Source of the DNA: Octopus sinensis
Lineage: Eukaryota
Length of the DNA stretch: 64,000 nt
Direction: 5' to 3'
NCBI RefSeq assembly: GCF_006345805.1
Contig: NC_043011.1
Span: 60,028,464 to 60,092,463 of the forward strand
Of this stretch, positions 14,443 to 28,292 are shown piece after piece (positions within the stretch are counted from its first letter, which is position 1; each line of letters starts with the position of its first letter). The translations under genes and the position numbers were made by a program. The notes below the pieces were generated by a model, which did no database searches, was not told the origin of the DNA, and saw only the letters and a program-made list of their open reading frames with translations.

Positions 14443-15042
14443 GGATCTTTGTGGTTTTCTTCACTGTTTACAATTATCTTTAAAAAAATATTTTAATGTA
14501 TCATATAGATGTAATTTTTGATGCTGAATCTGGATTTGTTATTCATTTATTCCAGAAAAAGTTCCCAAAAATGTTACTGGCGTTCAAATTTTGATAATTT
14601 TCAGCTAATCAGAAAACATGTTCGCTGCCTCTTCCATCATTAGGGGGAAAGTGGGGACATCGGCATGTCAAAGCATTAAACTAGGAGTTTATAAAATAAA
14701 TGATCTTTCTCGTATCTCCTTCTCCTCCTTGTGCGCATGTGCAACATCTTTGGTTACTATGGAAACAGTTCTTCGCAATCAACCATGCAACACGTGGTGC
14801 TTCTTTGCTTTTGTTACTATGGGAATAGAAATTTTGGCCACGGTGATATGTAAAATACTCACTTCTGATTGGCTAAAATACCCAAAATTTGCAAATTTTA
14901 AAGGCTAATAACTTTTTAATTATGGATTTATAGGGAAAATGAATTTCATTTTCATAATTAGCATACAAAACTTAATCCATATATGAAATTTGAAAACAAT
15001 TGGAACAAAATTGTAAACAGTGGCGAAAACCACAAAAATCCT
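14443..15042. mobile_element. MITE / non-autonomous DNA transposon with ~33-bp TIRs
   Basis: Left GGATCTTTGTGGTTTTCTTCACTGTTTACAATT versus reverse complement of right end GGATTTTTGTGGTTTTCGCCACTGTTTACAATT (3 mismatches). No coding capacity. Confidence 0.75.
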
Positions 15043-15070
15043 GAAATACTTAATGAAATATTATACTTAC

Positions 15071-15245
15071 ACCTCCCCAATTCAGAGTTCTTGCAAGGTC
15101 ATTCCCAGTACCTAGTGGTAGAATGGCAACAGGAGGTGAAGGCTGGATAGCTAATTCATCAAGAATAGATAGAATCCAACCAACTGTACCATCACCACCA
15201 CACGCAAGCACCCGAAGATTAGGCACTTTTTTGTATAATTCAAGG
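15071..15245 (-). CDS. DGKZ: DGK zeta/iota internal coding exon: catalytic domain ATP-binding region
   Basis: 175 nt: c+[58 protein letters not shown], with GGDGT and [11 protein letters not shown] motifs. Acceptor tctttacag|C completes the gg|c Gly codon of the previous exon; donor GGT|gtaagt. I could not find the next exon (GYTDEP...) in 1-15070. Confidence 0.97.
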
Positions 15246-15861
15246 CTGTAAAGATAGAAATAGGAAGTGAGGGAAATAAGACTGAAGATTAAAGATGATG
15301 AAATGGAAAATCTTTTAATAAATTTAATGTGAAGTCATGTTGAATGTGTGAGAGAAGACATTTGCTTTTAATCAGTGGAATTACTGGTACCAAAAATGAT
15401 CATTACATAAGAGTGGAAGTTGAAATAATCCCATACTTCAACAGAAGGAAGATTTATTTTTATGAAATAAATGAGCTGGTAGCTGAGGTGGAAATTGTTA
15501 AGACACTCTTCTGGAGCAAACATTGGAAAGATATGCAGTGACACACACACATTTCTCTCTCTCTCTCTCTCTCTCTCTAATATATATATATATGTCCAAA
15601 ATTAGGGAATGGTGTAGATAAAATCCAGGCTACATATGTTTCATAGCTAAAAGATGCTCAGAAGTAGGAATTAACCAAACATGGGATGATCCGCTAGCAA
15701 CTTGTTGGGCCAAAAATACCTTAATCAAAAGAAGTTTACACTGTCATCAAGGGATACCATGTTGACTCACAGGAGATTCAGTTGAAAATGCATGGTAAGC
15801 AGAGAAACTGACAAGGAAAGCATAATAGCGAAGAAGCAATATATGGGGGAGTAACGTATGG

Positions 15862-15913
<52 letters not shown>

Positions 15914-18900
15914 AATAAATAGATATATGGATAATTTTTTCAATGTCTCCTTTTCTATGCTTGCTAAGTTCAGGGCTAAAGTTGTTGCAGTAATGATGAT
16001 GGCCCCATGGCAAACACTAAAAAGACTGGCTGAAACTAGTAAAAGAGTGTTTCCGATATTGAAAATTTTCAGTTGGAATGGCAGTGGAAGAAAATCTAAC
16101 TCTAAAATCACAGAATTCATTTTGAAATCTTTTGGTGAAAAAAGTGAAAAGTTTTACAACACAAGATAAATCTAAGGAAACATTGTGAGAGTTAAGATGT
16201 TACATATAACCAAAGTACAATTCAGAACCATTGCAAACATTTCAAGCCAATGAGGAAGCCTCCACATGGTTGCCTGACATTCTAGAAATGGCAGCGAAAC
16301 ATCCAAACTTTCCTCTGATCACATCCTACTGCTTTGTATTTAAAGAAAAAAACTCATTGGATAATTATTTGTAATTTAAGCATAAGGCCAGAAGTTTATT
16401 GGGAAGTGTTTAGTTGATTAAACTAACCCCAGTATTAGACTGGTATTTCATATTATTGACCCCAAAGCGATGAAATGTTGATCTGGGTGGGATTTGAATT
16501 TGCATTGTGGAGTGTCAGGGACAAATACTGCAAGACATTTTTCTGCTGCTCTAATGATCCTACCACATCCCCACCTTAAAGAATACGTTAGAAAATGCAG
16601 TCCGCAATATCTTAATAATGGCATGATAGTAAAAGCTGGAATACCTTTGAACACGGGTCTGGATGATCAGAGCTAAATTGGGCTTAAGCAACAAGAAAAA
16701 CTATAATTAGAGCAGATGTGGCAGTGTAGTTAGAAGTTTGCTTCCCCAATCACATGGTCCTGCATTCAGTCCCATGCATGGCACCTTGGACAAGCATGTT
16801 CTATTACAGTCTCAGGCCAACGAAACATGTTTGGTAGATAGAGGATTGTCATGTGTATACACACAAGCACACACACATACACATGTGCATGCACACACAT
16901 CATCATCATTTAATGTCCACTTTCCATGCTGGCTTGGGTTGGACGGTTTGGCTGAAAACTGGTAAGCCAGGGGATTGCACCAGATTCCAGTTTGATCTGG
17001 CAAGGTTTCCACAGCTGGCTGCCCTTCCTAACACCAACCACTCTGAGAGTGTAGCAGGTGCTTTTCGCGTGTCACCAACACACGTACCATTGACCTGACA
17101 CTGGCCACAACTACAGTTTCACTTGGCTTGACAGGTCTACATAAGCACAGTATGTTGCCAAAGGTCTTGGTCACCTGTCACTGCATCCACGAGGCCCAAC
17201 ACTTGAATGGTACTTTTTATGTGCTACCAGCATAGGTGCCAGTCAGACAGCAATGGCATCGGCCACAACTTCAATTTCACAAGAACAGCATATAACATAA
17301 CGATTGAAAGGTGCTTTCAACAGGCCAGTTACACGACACTGGCATTGAAGATGACTACGATCTCACTTGGCTTGATGTCACTGCCTCCATGAGACCCACC
17401 AGAATGAGTGCCAGTCATATATATAAGGGCATCAGGCTGTATAAAATATTACCAAAACTAACCTTACCTGTGTTAGTGCTACCTAAAAACCACAGTCCAC
17501 TCCACAGAGTGGTTGGCATTAGGAAGGGCATCCAACTGTAAAAACCCTGCCGAAACAGACACAGTAGTGTAAGGTAATTTTCTATCTAGCCAGCTCCTAT
17601 CAACCATCCTATCTATGCAGGTAGGGAAGGAGCAGATGTTAAATGATGATAAAGAAGATGATGTGTAAGTGTAGGTGTATATGTATGCATGTGTGCGAGA
17701 GTGTGTTTGTTACAGTTTCCCTGCCTTGGCATTACAGAACAGTTGTAAATAATTGTCACTGTCATACAAGCTGTTTCCAAAATTCTCTGAGAATATGCCT
17801 GATCCTTGGGGAAAATATTACTTTGCTTGGATAACAGGTGAGGGTTGGTGACGGGAAGAGCAACTGGCTATAGAAAGATCTGCCTCAATAAACTTCATCC
17901 AGTCCATGCAAGAAAGGAAAAGTGGATGTTAAGACAATGATGATGATGATGATGGTGATTCAGAAAGGGATGGTTTGAAACAGAAGTAAACAATTGGAAC
18001 ATATTTCTTAAAAAGAAATCTCCACATCTGATTGCAAGTAACATTTCCTCCACCATTATTCAAAATACTAATGCAGACTAATTAGAAAAAGAAAAGAAAA
18101 ATCCAAGAAATCAGTCCAATCTCAATTCAATCTGGTTTTCTTACAATCTGAAGACTTAACGATGATTAAATTAATTGCTTTATATTCCCATTATGAAGCA
18201 AGCTGAATAATTTATCAGTTTGCCCAGGACTAATCAACAAAAAAAAAAAAAACCCTAAAATAATTAAGAATAATGTTACAAATTAGCAATGATGAAAGAA
18301 TAAAATTGAGTCAATTGACCAACAGAAAAGTGTAAAAATAACTTAGGTAGTTTTTTTTTATGTAAGGGTAATTATTTAGTTGTGTTAAGGTATAATGAGT
18401 TTTGATCTTATCAGTTGAAAAGTGTTAAGTAGCAGCTAACGAGCAGTTATTCTTTTATTTGATTAATGGTATCAGCCATTAGACTGTGGCCAAGCTGGGA
18501 TACTGTCTTCAGAGGTTTTTAAGTCAATCACACTGACCTCTGACCTCTCTCTTTATTTCAATTTAGGAGTTAATTAATTAATCCATACTTTTACTGGTTG
18601 CTTTATTCACCGTTTGACTCAATATCTGTATTGTTTTGACTGGTGGTGTTTTCAATAGTTAAACACAGACACCACATACACATATGTAATTTGTATAGAT
18701 ATATCCAGTAGCCTATTGTTACTCTGGGGTCCCTCTGAACAGTTCAACAACAGTTGGCTCCTTACACATGAATAGACTAATGTGTGTGTGTGTGTGTGTG
18801 TGTATAATTACACACATATATACATACACATGCATACACATAAATATACACACCCAAATATATACATAAATACACACACATATAGATATACCTCAAGCAA

Positions 18901-19914
18901 AATATTATAGGTGATGGCATATAACTGGACAAAATGTTACTGTGAAGGGCAAAACAAATGGTAACCATTTGGCCAATAATTTCTTGCTTGAAGATTCAAA
19001 AATAAATTGAGTTTATTATTTATATACAGGGTTCTTTTTTTTTTTGACTGATGGACAACTTATATACATGCACAGAGCATACATCTATATACATTTTGTC
19101 CACAATGTATTGGCTATCTCAAGGTTACAGAGGACACCTGACCAATGTATTGTGCAGTGGAATTCAAACGGATAGCACATGGTTGAAAAACAATATGTTT
19201 AAAATTTTCATAATTTGTCAGTGTTAATAACAACAACTGTGTCTACCTTCAAGACAATTAGCATTATCAGTCAATGTCCTTTGTCAGCTAATTAGTCTGA
19301 ACAATTAGTTCCATCATGTTTTACACAACGAAGAAAATAAAAACAATTTGATTTGCCATTCAGGTAGATTAACTCATTGATATCGTAAGTGCAACACCCT
19401 AACCACCAGGTGATGCCCCTTCGCAAGACAGGTGGAATTAAAAGTCCCTTACTTGCAAAACATGTAGGGGTTAGCAATTAGGAAGGCATCTGACAGTAAA
19501 ATAATGTCTCTATAATAAGTTTTTATCCCACCTATACCAGCAAAGAAAAAACAAACAAACATAAACCGTGTATTTCAATAAAGAGACCATTGTGAAAGTG
19601 GTAAGCCTTTTAATACATATCCACCTAAGACTGTACCAGGTTCTCTGACACAAACTTCTTGTTTTAAAGTGATTTGAATTAAAACCTTCCATTAAAATTT
19701 TGTATTAATTTGTTTAAAATATCAGCTTAACAATGACAAAAGTTGTTTTACTAAATCCTTCCTTATTTTCAAAATTAATTGAAACAAAAGGGTTAAATTT
19801 AGTTTTAAGAACTCACATACCTATTTCATAATATCTTTGAATCTTGGGATAACATATTCATAGGTTGTTAATCATAAAATAAAATGTAAACCAAAAACCA
19901 AAGTTGGTAGGATT

Positions 19915-20168
19915 TAACCTTTCCGTGACTCAATTTCCAATGAATGGCCTGCTTATGTGTTTCAATTAATTTTCAACAAAATCAATACTGTAGCAGATTT
20001 TAGTAAAACATCTTTAAGTTTATTTATTGGTATATTATGCTGATGTTGACCAAACAAAATCTCATGATAGTATTCATGTTATAATGAGATTCTGATTGAG
20101 ATTTTTTAATTTAAATATCAACACTTTAGTATGGACAGTCTCAGGTGGGTTGGTATTAAGAGAGATTA
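19915..20168. mobile_element. piggyBac-like MITE (family B)
   Basis: TTAACCTTTCC...GGTGGGTTGGTATTAAGAGAGATTAA. Shared internal motif (caattaattttgaaa...ttagtaaaataactt...ttttaattcagatcacttt) also at 1-185, 19520-19795 (rev), 22540-22765 (rev), 33765-34160, 39330-39527 and 42130-42243. Confidence 0.6.
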
Positions 20169-21240
20169 AACCAATAATCCAGACATGAAACTTAAAACTC
20201 TGTAGTGTTTACTCTGTTGTTCTATTGATGCCAACTTTGCAAAACTAAAAATAAATCAAATATTATAGTCGTTTACATCATAGCAGTTGCAACTTTGATC
20301 AATTATTTGTTCTTTAATAATCTATAATGAAACAATTATCGTCATAAACCAGTCATCTTATATATAACTTTATGTTAACATCTAGAAAAACAGAGTTTGT
20401 AACTTTTCTAAAAGACAAATTTGCTGAGAATTTATAACACTTAAGATTTTATAAAATTGCAATTATGATTCAGAACCGAGGCCCCATTGCAATTAACAAA
20501 CAATTTTCATGATTTGTTTAAAAAATGAAAAAGGAATGCTAAAGACAAGTGGGAAATCGCAGATTTTTAACAGTCATTTAAAACCACTTAAGTACTTTTA
20601 CAATATTCGTTACTAGATTTACAATTTATTTCCAACTGTTTTAACAAACTCATTCAGCATCACACTGAAATGTTTACATCATTCACTTTCCTCCAGTGAT
20701 GTTACTTTGAACGAGGATTCTGTTATGCTTTACCACAAACACACACATTACCATAAGCACAACACATTTGAAAATACAGACCATCAATGGTAAGAAAGTC
20801 TCAAGAGAACTAAACAGCAGAAGGGCTTTAGAGAAAAAAAACCCACTCATGCAACTGTTTCGGCCCTTAACTTCTTACATTCTAAAAGGGCCAGGTATCC
20901 TTCTACTGACACCTTTTAGCCACTTGGATATTGGAGACTTGAGCATTTAAGCCACTTGGAGATCTCATTGAGTTGTAACTCTACTCAGTTGATTCAGCTT
21001 TCAAACTTATACTGAGAGAAAAAATAAGGTTGGTTGTCATGGCAGCAGTGGAACATCAACACTATCACACAGATTCACACCAGAGTTACTTCCATTAGTG
21101 TTAAGGAAACTGTAGTAACAAACCTGACTCCTATAGGTGTAGGTGTGTCAACTTAGGCAAATGTCTTCTACTATAGCTCTGGGTCGACCAAAGCCTTGTG
21201 AGTGGATTTGGTAGATGGAAACCAAAAGAAACCCATCATC

Positions 21241-21272
<32 letters not shown>

Positions 21273-22934
21273 TGCATTATTATGTTGATAATTTACTTGC
21301 TGCCACGTACGCAAAGTGGTGCTCATGTTGACATCCCTTGATGATATTGCAACTGGTTGCTTTGCATCATCAAAGGGCTGTAGAAAATAAAAATACCTTA
21401 CCTGAAAAACAGGCGAGGATTGGCGACAGCAAGAGCCTCCAGTCATGAAATCAAACCTCAAATAACTCCTCCCTTAAAATGAACAATGAAGAAGTATTCT
21501 TCAATCTGTTTTAGCTATTATGGCTAAGATCATGCTGGAGCACCATCTTTATATAATCATGGCACTCCATTGGTTGTGACAACGAGGGTTCCAGTTGATT
21601 TGATCAATGGAACAGCCTGCTCATGAAATTAAAGTGCAAGTGGCTGAGCACTCCACAGACATGTGTACCCTTAATGGAGTTCTCGAGGAGATTCAGCAAG
21701 ACACAGAGTGTGACAAGACTGGCCCCTTTGAAATACAGGTACAACAGAAACAGGAAGAAAGAGTGAGAAAAAGTTGTGGTGAAGTGTACAGTAGGATTTG
21801 CCAGAACCTTGTGGAGCTTTAGGCATTTGTGCTCAATAAACACTCACAATTCCAAGTCTAGGAATTGAAACTGCGATCCTATGACCACAAGTCCGCTGTC
21901 CTAACCACTGGGCCATTGTGCCTCCACACCTTTATAAAATAGACTGGGATAGAAGTGAAAACAAATGCAAATTGAGATGATGAAGACTGTTGGGAAGTAT
22001 CTTTGTAATTAGTAATTAATTTCTCCCAGTGACCTTTGACCACAAGTCAAGAACATATGCTTCATTGTTCGGCTGTTGTATTCCATTACGGGTGTTAGAG
22101 ATTATGAGATACACTAATCCAAGGACTGTAGATCTTGTCATATACTTTGCAGTGATCAATACTTTACACAGTAGCATTCTATCATCCACTCACTGAGTGT
22201 CATTCTGTCAATAAAACAGTAGGTCAACTGCTGGCTATAATATGCTTTAACTTTATTTCCATATGGAAGGATATATCAGCAAGCAACTCCCATCACTTGT
22301 CTCTTCATCAGCCATAAACATGCAATAATTTTCCCTCTCTTTTTATCTGATCTTTCTCGGAAAAAAAAATCAGTTCTCTCCACAGTTGCTGTTACTGTCG
22401 CTTCTGACTGAATAGACATATGATTGAAAGTTTTACAGTTCTGATCAGGTTGAGTTTTAGGGTTCTCTGGGAGGACTATAAAATATTTATGGTCTTCTAT
22501 AAAAAGGTAAGATGTAATTTGAAGGAGATTTGGTTATTATTCGCAACAGATAGAATTACCAGACATAGCAAAGGTGGTGAAGCCTTTTAATCCCTTTTGA
22601 TACCAATCCACCTGAAACTGACCCCTTTGGCTATGATACAAACTTCCTGTTTTAAAGTAATCTAAATTAAAACTTTCAAAACTTCGGGGTAATTGATGTT
22701 CTAAACAACAACTTGATAATGACAAAGTTACTTTACTAAATTGCTAATTATTTTCAAAATGAATTAAGATGGCAAACTGACAGAACTCTTAGTTTGCCAG
22801 AAAAAATGCTCAGCAGCATTTCATATGTCTTTAGGTTCTGAGCTCAAATTGCACAGAGGTTGATTTTTACCTTTCAGCCTTTCAGAGACAGTAAAAAAAG
22901 ATAACAGTCAAGTACTGGGGTTGATATAATTGAA

Positions 22935-23165
22935 GGAGACGAACTGTCAAAAACGTTAGCACACCGGGTGAAATACTTAGTGGTACTTCGCCTGCCGCTA
23001 TGTTCTGAGTTCAAATTCCGCCAAGGTCAACTTTGCCTTTCATCTTTTCAGGGTCGATTAAATAAGTACCAGTTATGCACTGAGGTCGATGTAATCGACT
23101 TAATCTCTTTGTCTGTCCTTGTTTGTCCCCTCTATGTTTAGCTCTCTGTGGGCAATAAAGACATA
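22935..23165 (+). mobile_element. tRNA-derived SINE, tail A, nested in an older tail-B copy
   Basis: ATAATTGA direct repeat at 22926-33 and 23166-73. The host SINE starts at ~22770 and its tail resumes after 23173. Another tail-B copy follows at ~23250-23455. Confidence 0.7.
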
Positions 23166-25702
23166 ATAATTGACTCTCCCTCTCCTCAAAACCTACTGGC
23201 CCTCTTCCAAAATCTGAAGCCATTATTTTCAAAATCAATTAAGGTGGCAAGTTGGCAGAATTGTTAGTACACTGGGTAAAATGCTCAGTGGCATTTCACC
23301 TGTCTTTACGTTCTGAATTCAAATTCCGTCAAGGTTGACTTTGCCTTTCATTTGTTCAGGGTTGATAAATTAAGTAGCAGAGGAGTACTAGGGTTAATGT
23401 AATCAACCACTTCCACAAAATTTCAGGTCTTGTGTCTGTGGCAGAAAGGATTATTTTCAAAAATAATTGAAACAATGGCAGTGGATGTCAACAGAAATAT
23501 GGTAACAAAGGGATCATTATACAGGTAGGAGTTTGGTAGTATAAGAACAAAAGACCTTTTGGTAGCACATTGACACTAAGGAAAATAAAATATTTTAGAT
23601 TTTATTAATTCACAGGTGACTTTACAAATCCTTAAGGTAAAAAGTTTTTTTGGTTGGGGCAGGTGGTAGGATTTTAAAAAATTTAAATGCATCTGAGAGG
23701 TTCTGCAGTTATGATTTTAAGGAGTGCTTTGTCAGGTATTAAGCACGATCTGTTATAAGTACAGTTGTTTATTTGTTTTACATCTGTTTGTTAATGCTTG
23801 CTTGGGTTGGACAAATATGTTGAGATATTACTTTACAGCTGGATGATCTTCCTAATGCTAACCCCCACGTTTTTTGCTTAAGAAACCTCTTACTCCATAG
23901 TGCTTTAAATTCACAAAGCAACTGAATGATTTGTTGACAGGAGAACCTGACAACAACCCTGCCTGCTTCCCTTTTCACCCAAGGGATCAGAGATAAAAAC
24001 AAACACAAAGTTACACATATAAGTGTATATACATCAATCTTATTCCAGTTTCTGTCCACAAAATCCATTTTACAAGAAATATATGACAAGGAAGTTGTTC
24101 AGAGTCACCGGGAAGAGTTATGGTTGTTTTTTAAATCTAAGATCTGCCATCATTGAACAAACTAACGGTGAAAGACTTCTACTTGTGCTCATCATTTCTT
24201 CTTTCAATTCCGACTCCCTGCTTCCATATAACTTCATCCATCTCTGCACATATTTATCATAAACATTATCTACAGCAACCTCATCATTTTTCCTGAATGT
24301 GCGATGGACACAGAAATAGCTCCTTTCTACAGACCAAACTATTAAAAAAAACAAAAAACAAAACACACACACACACACAAATGTCTCTAGTAGATATAAT
24401 TCTAAGATATATTCTCTAAAAGTAGGCAAATGGTTTCTCAGTAATTATATCCAATCCAATAGAATATAATATTTAAGTAGGTTAAAACAAAATACAAGCT
24501 TGTAGTTATGAGGGACTTTAGCTGTTATTATACCAAGGGATAAACACTGATTTGTCTTTGATATTTATCTAAGACAATGTAATGCCGTCAGGCATAATTT
24601 GTTACTGATTCTCTTTGAGATTTAAATAGTGCAATGTGAATGTCATCAGCCACAGCACAAATTTTAAGCCATCTTTGAATTGAGTTGCAATAAATTTGCT
24701 TCATTCATGCAATCATAATGAAACCAATCTTCTCAGAGATGAATTAAAAGGCAAATCATAATAAGTCTCCAAACAAAGAACATCAGACAAGACATTAACA
24801 ATAAATATATTATGAATAACCTTCTCTGCTTCTCTAACCAGAATGTTTTCTATGCATGCGATGGAACAACACCAATCTAACAGAAAAGACAGGGAAGCAA
24901 TGACGACAATGAAACATGTACAGTGAAACATGTACAATGAATATTCCAAGAGACTTGATGAATACCAGCTTCTACTACAAATTCTAGCTGTAATGTTTAT
25001 TCTGCTAAAACAGTATTGGTAGGTATTGTTGTTGCTTTTAGATAATTTTCCAGACTAAATCACACCAGCTAAACACTCTACTAAATATCCCATTACCTTT
25101 ACTTAAAGTAATCGGCTTCTTCCACTTTATCGCATCTAAGATTCTTTGTTTGTTTCCTTCTTTCTTCATTTATTAGCTTCAGCCGTTATATAAAATAGAC
25201 TTAACATATGTGAATTCCCCATATAAAAATAACATCACTAATTTTTTTGTCACATTCATTATTTTCTATATTAGCGATGCGCTGGATGTGTGGTTAAGAA
25301 GTCAGCATTGAAACTATGTGGGGTTTTAGGTTCAATTCCCTTGTGCAGCACTTTGGACAAGTGCCATAGCTTCAGGTTGATGGATACCCTGGGAGTGGAT
25401 TAGGGAAGATAGAAAATATGAAGAAGCTTATTGTGTATATCTGTGTACACACATACACTCACACACAAAATGAAAACAAGAGAAATAATTCTCAGTGCCC
25501 AGTGGCATGTATTTGAACAAATAAGAGTGTATATATATATATATATATGCATGATGATGATGATATATATGTGTGTGTGTACATATATCTATCTATCTAT
25601 ATATACATATATAAATACATGTGTACACACACACATGCATGCAAGCATACATATACCCACATACATAAACAAAGAATGTGAGTAAACGAATAAACCAATA
25701 CT

Positions 25703-26357
25703 TTGTAAGCCTAGTACTTATTTTATCGGTCTCTTTTGCTGAACCACTAAGTTACGGGGACATAAACACACCAACATTGGTTGTCAAACTTTGGTGGAGG
25801 GACAAAAACAGACACACAAACATATACAGATGATGGGCTTCTTTCAGTTTCTGTCTACCAAATCCACTCACAAGGCTTTGGTTGGCCCGAGGCCATAGCA
25901 GAAAACACCTGCCTGAGGTGCCATGCAGTGGGACTGAACTTAGAGCCATGTGGTTGGTAAGCAAGCTACTTACCACACAGCCACTCCTGCACCTAATACA
26001 TATATACATATATATAATTAAAAGCGTAACAGGCACGGGCGTGGCTGTGCAGTAAGAAGCTTGTTTCTCAACCACATGGTTCTTGGTTTAGTTTCACTGC
26101 ATGGCACTTTGATCAAGTGTCTTTTACTATGTGTGTGTGAGTCTTTGTGTCTGTATTTGTCCCCTATCACTGCTTGACAATCCCTGTTGATGTGTTTATG
26201 TCCCTGCAATTTAGCAGTTCAGCAAAAGGGACCACTAGAATAAGTATCAGGCTTTTATAAGAAATTTGTGCTGGATTCGATCCATTCAGCTAAAAAATGT
26301 TTCAAGGCAGTGCCCCAGCATGGCCACAATATAATATGACTGGAACAAGCAAAGGAA
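25703..26357. mobile_element. Head-to-head inverted pair of OR-like SINEs
   Basis: Minus copy 25703-25995 and plus copy 26030-26357, separated by a ~35-nt AT spacer. Confidence 0.8.
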
Positions 26358-26434
26358 AAATATTTTAAATATCAAAAAGAAAAAAAACTCCCCAAATCCT
26401 ATTGAATGTAAATACATCTTAATGCTATGCTTAC

Positions 26435-26673
26435 CCAAATGTGGGGCCACCTTGACTTAAATCAAAGACTTGCCGAGGGTTGAGTAACCAACAGAACTTG
26501 TGCATTATTTTGGCCCCTTGGTTTCCTCCACTCTTTGGATTGATAAAGACCAAAAGGGGTTTAGTTGTCGGTGACGGAATGGACTTCACAATAAAAGTTT
26601 TCTGTTCATCTTTATTTTTCTTCTTTTTTAATGATGCCTTTTTTCTTTTTCTCAGAGAAGATTTGAATGAACC
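26435..26673 (-). CDS. DGKZ: DGK zeta/iota internal coding exon: MARCKS-like basic segment and start of catalytic domain
   Basis: 239 nt: [79 protein letters not shown]+gg. Contains [15 protein letters not shown] and LNPRQVFDL. Acceptor tttcatttcag|GGT, donor TTTGG|gtaagc, phase 0/2, fitting both neighbours. Missing from the supplied ORF track. Confidence 0.97.
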
Positions 26674-28041
26674 CTGAAATGAAAAAGGAAAAAAAAAAGA
26701 AATATCAGCAAAACAAAAACAATGGTTAGCATTGTGGCACTGTTATATTATTATGGTTTTGTGTGCGACCAAAACCACCTTTAAATCAGAGAATATTGTT
26801 AGTGCACGTCAATATGTAGGACTGTGGAAATAAAAGAGTTACAGAGAGGAAATTGATTAAAGTCTGAGTCTTTCGTGACAATAAAAACTCATTTAAAATT
26901 ACATCCAAAGAAATCAATGTTTGCATTAACAACTTTGAAGCTATTCAATATAAAACATAAAAACCTCAGTAAGTTGATGGGATTCAGTTCCAGTTATATA
27001 AGAATGGACAATAATATTGTAAAGACATGATCTAGTGGTTAAGGCATTAGTTTTATGATCATCAGAATGTGGGTTCGATTCCTGTTGTTGCATGGGTGTT
27101 GTGTAACTGTTGTTATTGTTGTTGAATGAAAATTGTTTCTTGGGTTGTGTGAAGAAGTATCTACCAACACTGATGAACATTTAACTGAATATTTCATTAT
27201 TGCACAGAGTCTGTTTTTTTCCAAATAACAACAACAATAACTGCATACTAAGGAGAGAGAGATACTGCTTGGAGTTTACTGCAAGCTTACTGATATGGCA
27301 ACATGTGGCTGGCCCGGCATCAGTGGAAGCAGCTGTGCTATATTGGTAAGGATGGAGATTCCTGCTGTCTATCTACCATCTTCCTTTGTCATCTGGTTGT
27401 GACAAGAATAGAGGCACATTGTGCGGCTGCCTCAACATGTAGAAGATTAGGTTACAAAAAGAAAAAAAAAATCCTTGGGTGGGAAAAAGTCAAAAAGCTG
27501 CTTGAGGGAAATGAACTTGTATCTTCTGTAAACAAGTTCTGTCCAATTTTGAAGAATCCATTCTGACCAGTGAGGGTTGTTGTTTACATTATAAGAATTT
27601 AGAAATTTTGAGAGATAGGCACAGGCATGGTGATCAGTCAGTCATTACTGTTTTAATATCTATTTTTTGATGGTGACAGAGGCTACTATCAGTCTATAAT
27701 TTAGTCATCACAATACTACAGAACAGTATCATATTGTCTCTAAGACACAGTATTCCATAATATGATGTTTATACTGTTACACTGTCTATCTTGGTCTTCC
27801 AGCATATTCTAATAACAATATGTGACACATATCACCCAACCTCTGTCAACCATCGATCATTTATTGTGAGAATTTCCACTCATAATTTGATTTTGTAGAT
27901 ACTTACTTTGGCACAATATTGTCACTCTTCCTTGTGAATGAAGATTAAATGAGCCTGATATCAAGTCTTTGTACAATCTCTCTCTCTCTCTCCCTCCATA
28001 TATATGAGTGTATGTGTGTATATATAAATATATATACTTAT

Positions 28042-28085
<44 letters not shown>

Positions 28086-28248
28086 TAGATGCAGTGATGG
28101 CTGTGTGGTAAGAAGTTTGCTTCCCAATCACGTGGTTCTGGGTTCAATTCCACTGTGTGACACTTTGGACAAGTATCTCTTACCACAGCCCCAGGTCAAC
28201 CAAAGCCTTAAGAGTGGATTGACAGATGGAAACTGAAAGAAGCCTGTC

Positions 28249-28292
<44 letters not shown>

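Noticed and set aside
20850-20910. Minus-strand GGCCCTT/AAGGGCC stem followed by GAAAC-A-GTT
   Set aside because: No CUGAUGA upstream; insufficient for a hammerhead call.
21607-21822. 71-aa ORF MEQPAHEIKVQVAEH...
   Set aside because: Lies in an interspersed repeat (partial copy also at ~28870-28960); not a gene.
24839-24876. Strong acceptor tcttttctgttag giving GLVLFHRMHRK..., a possible mutually exclusive partner of the GLELYKK exon
   Set aside because: In-frame stop after 14 codons and no GGDG motif.
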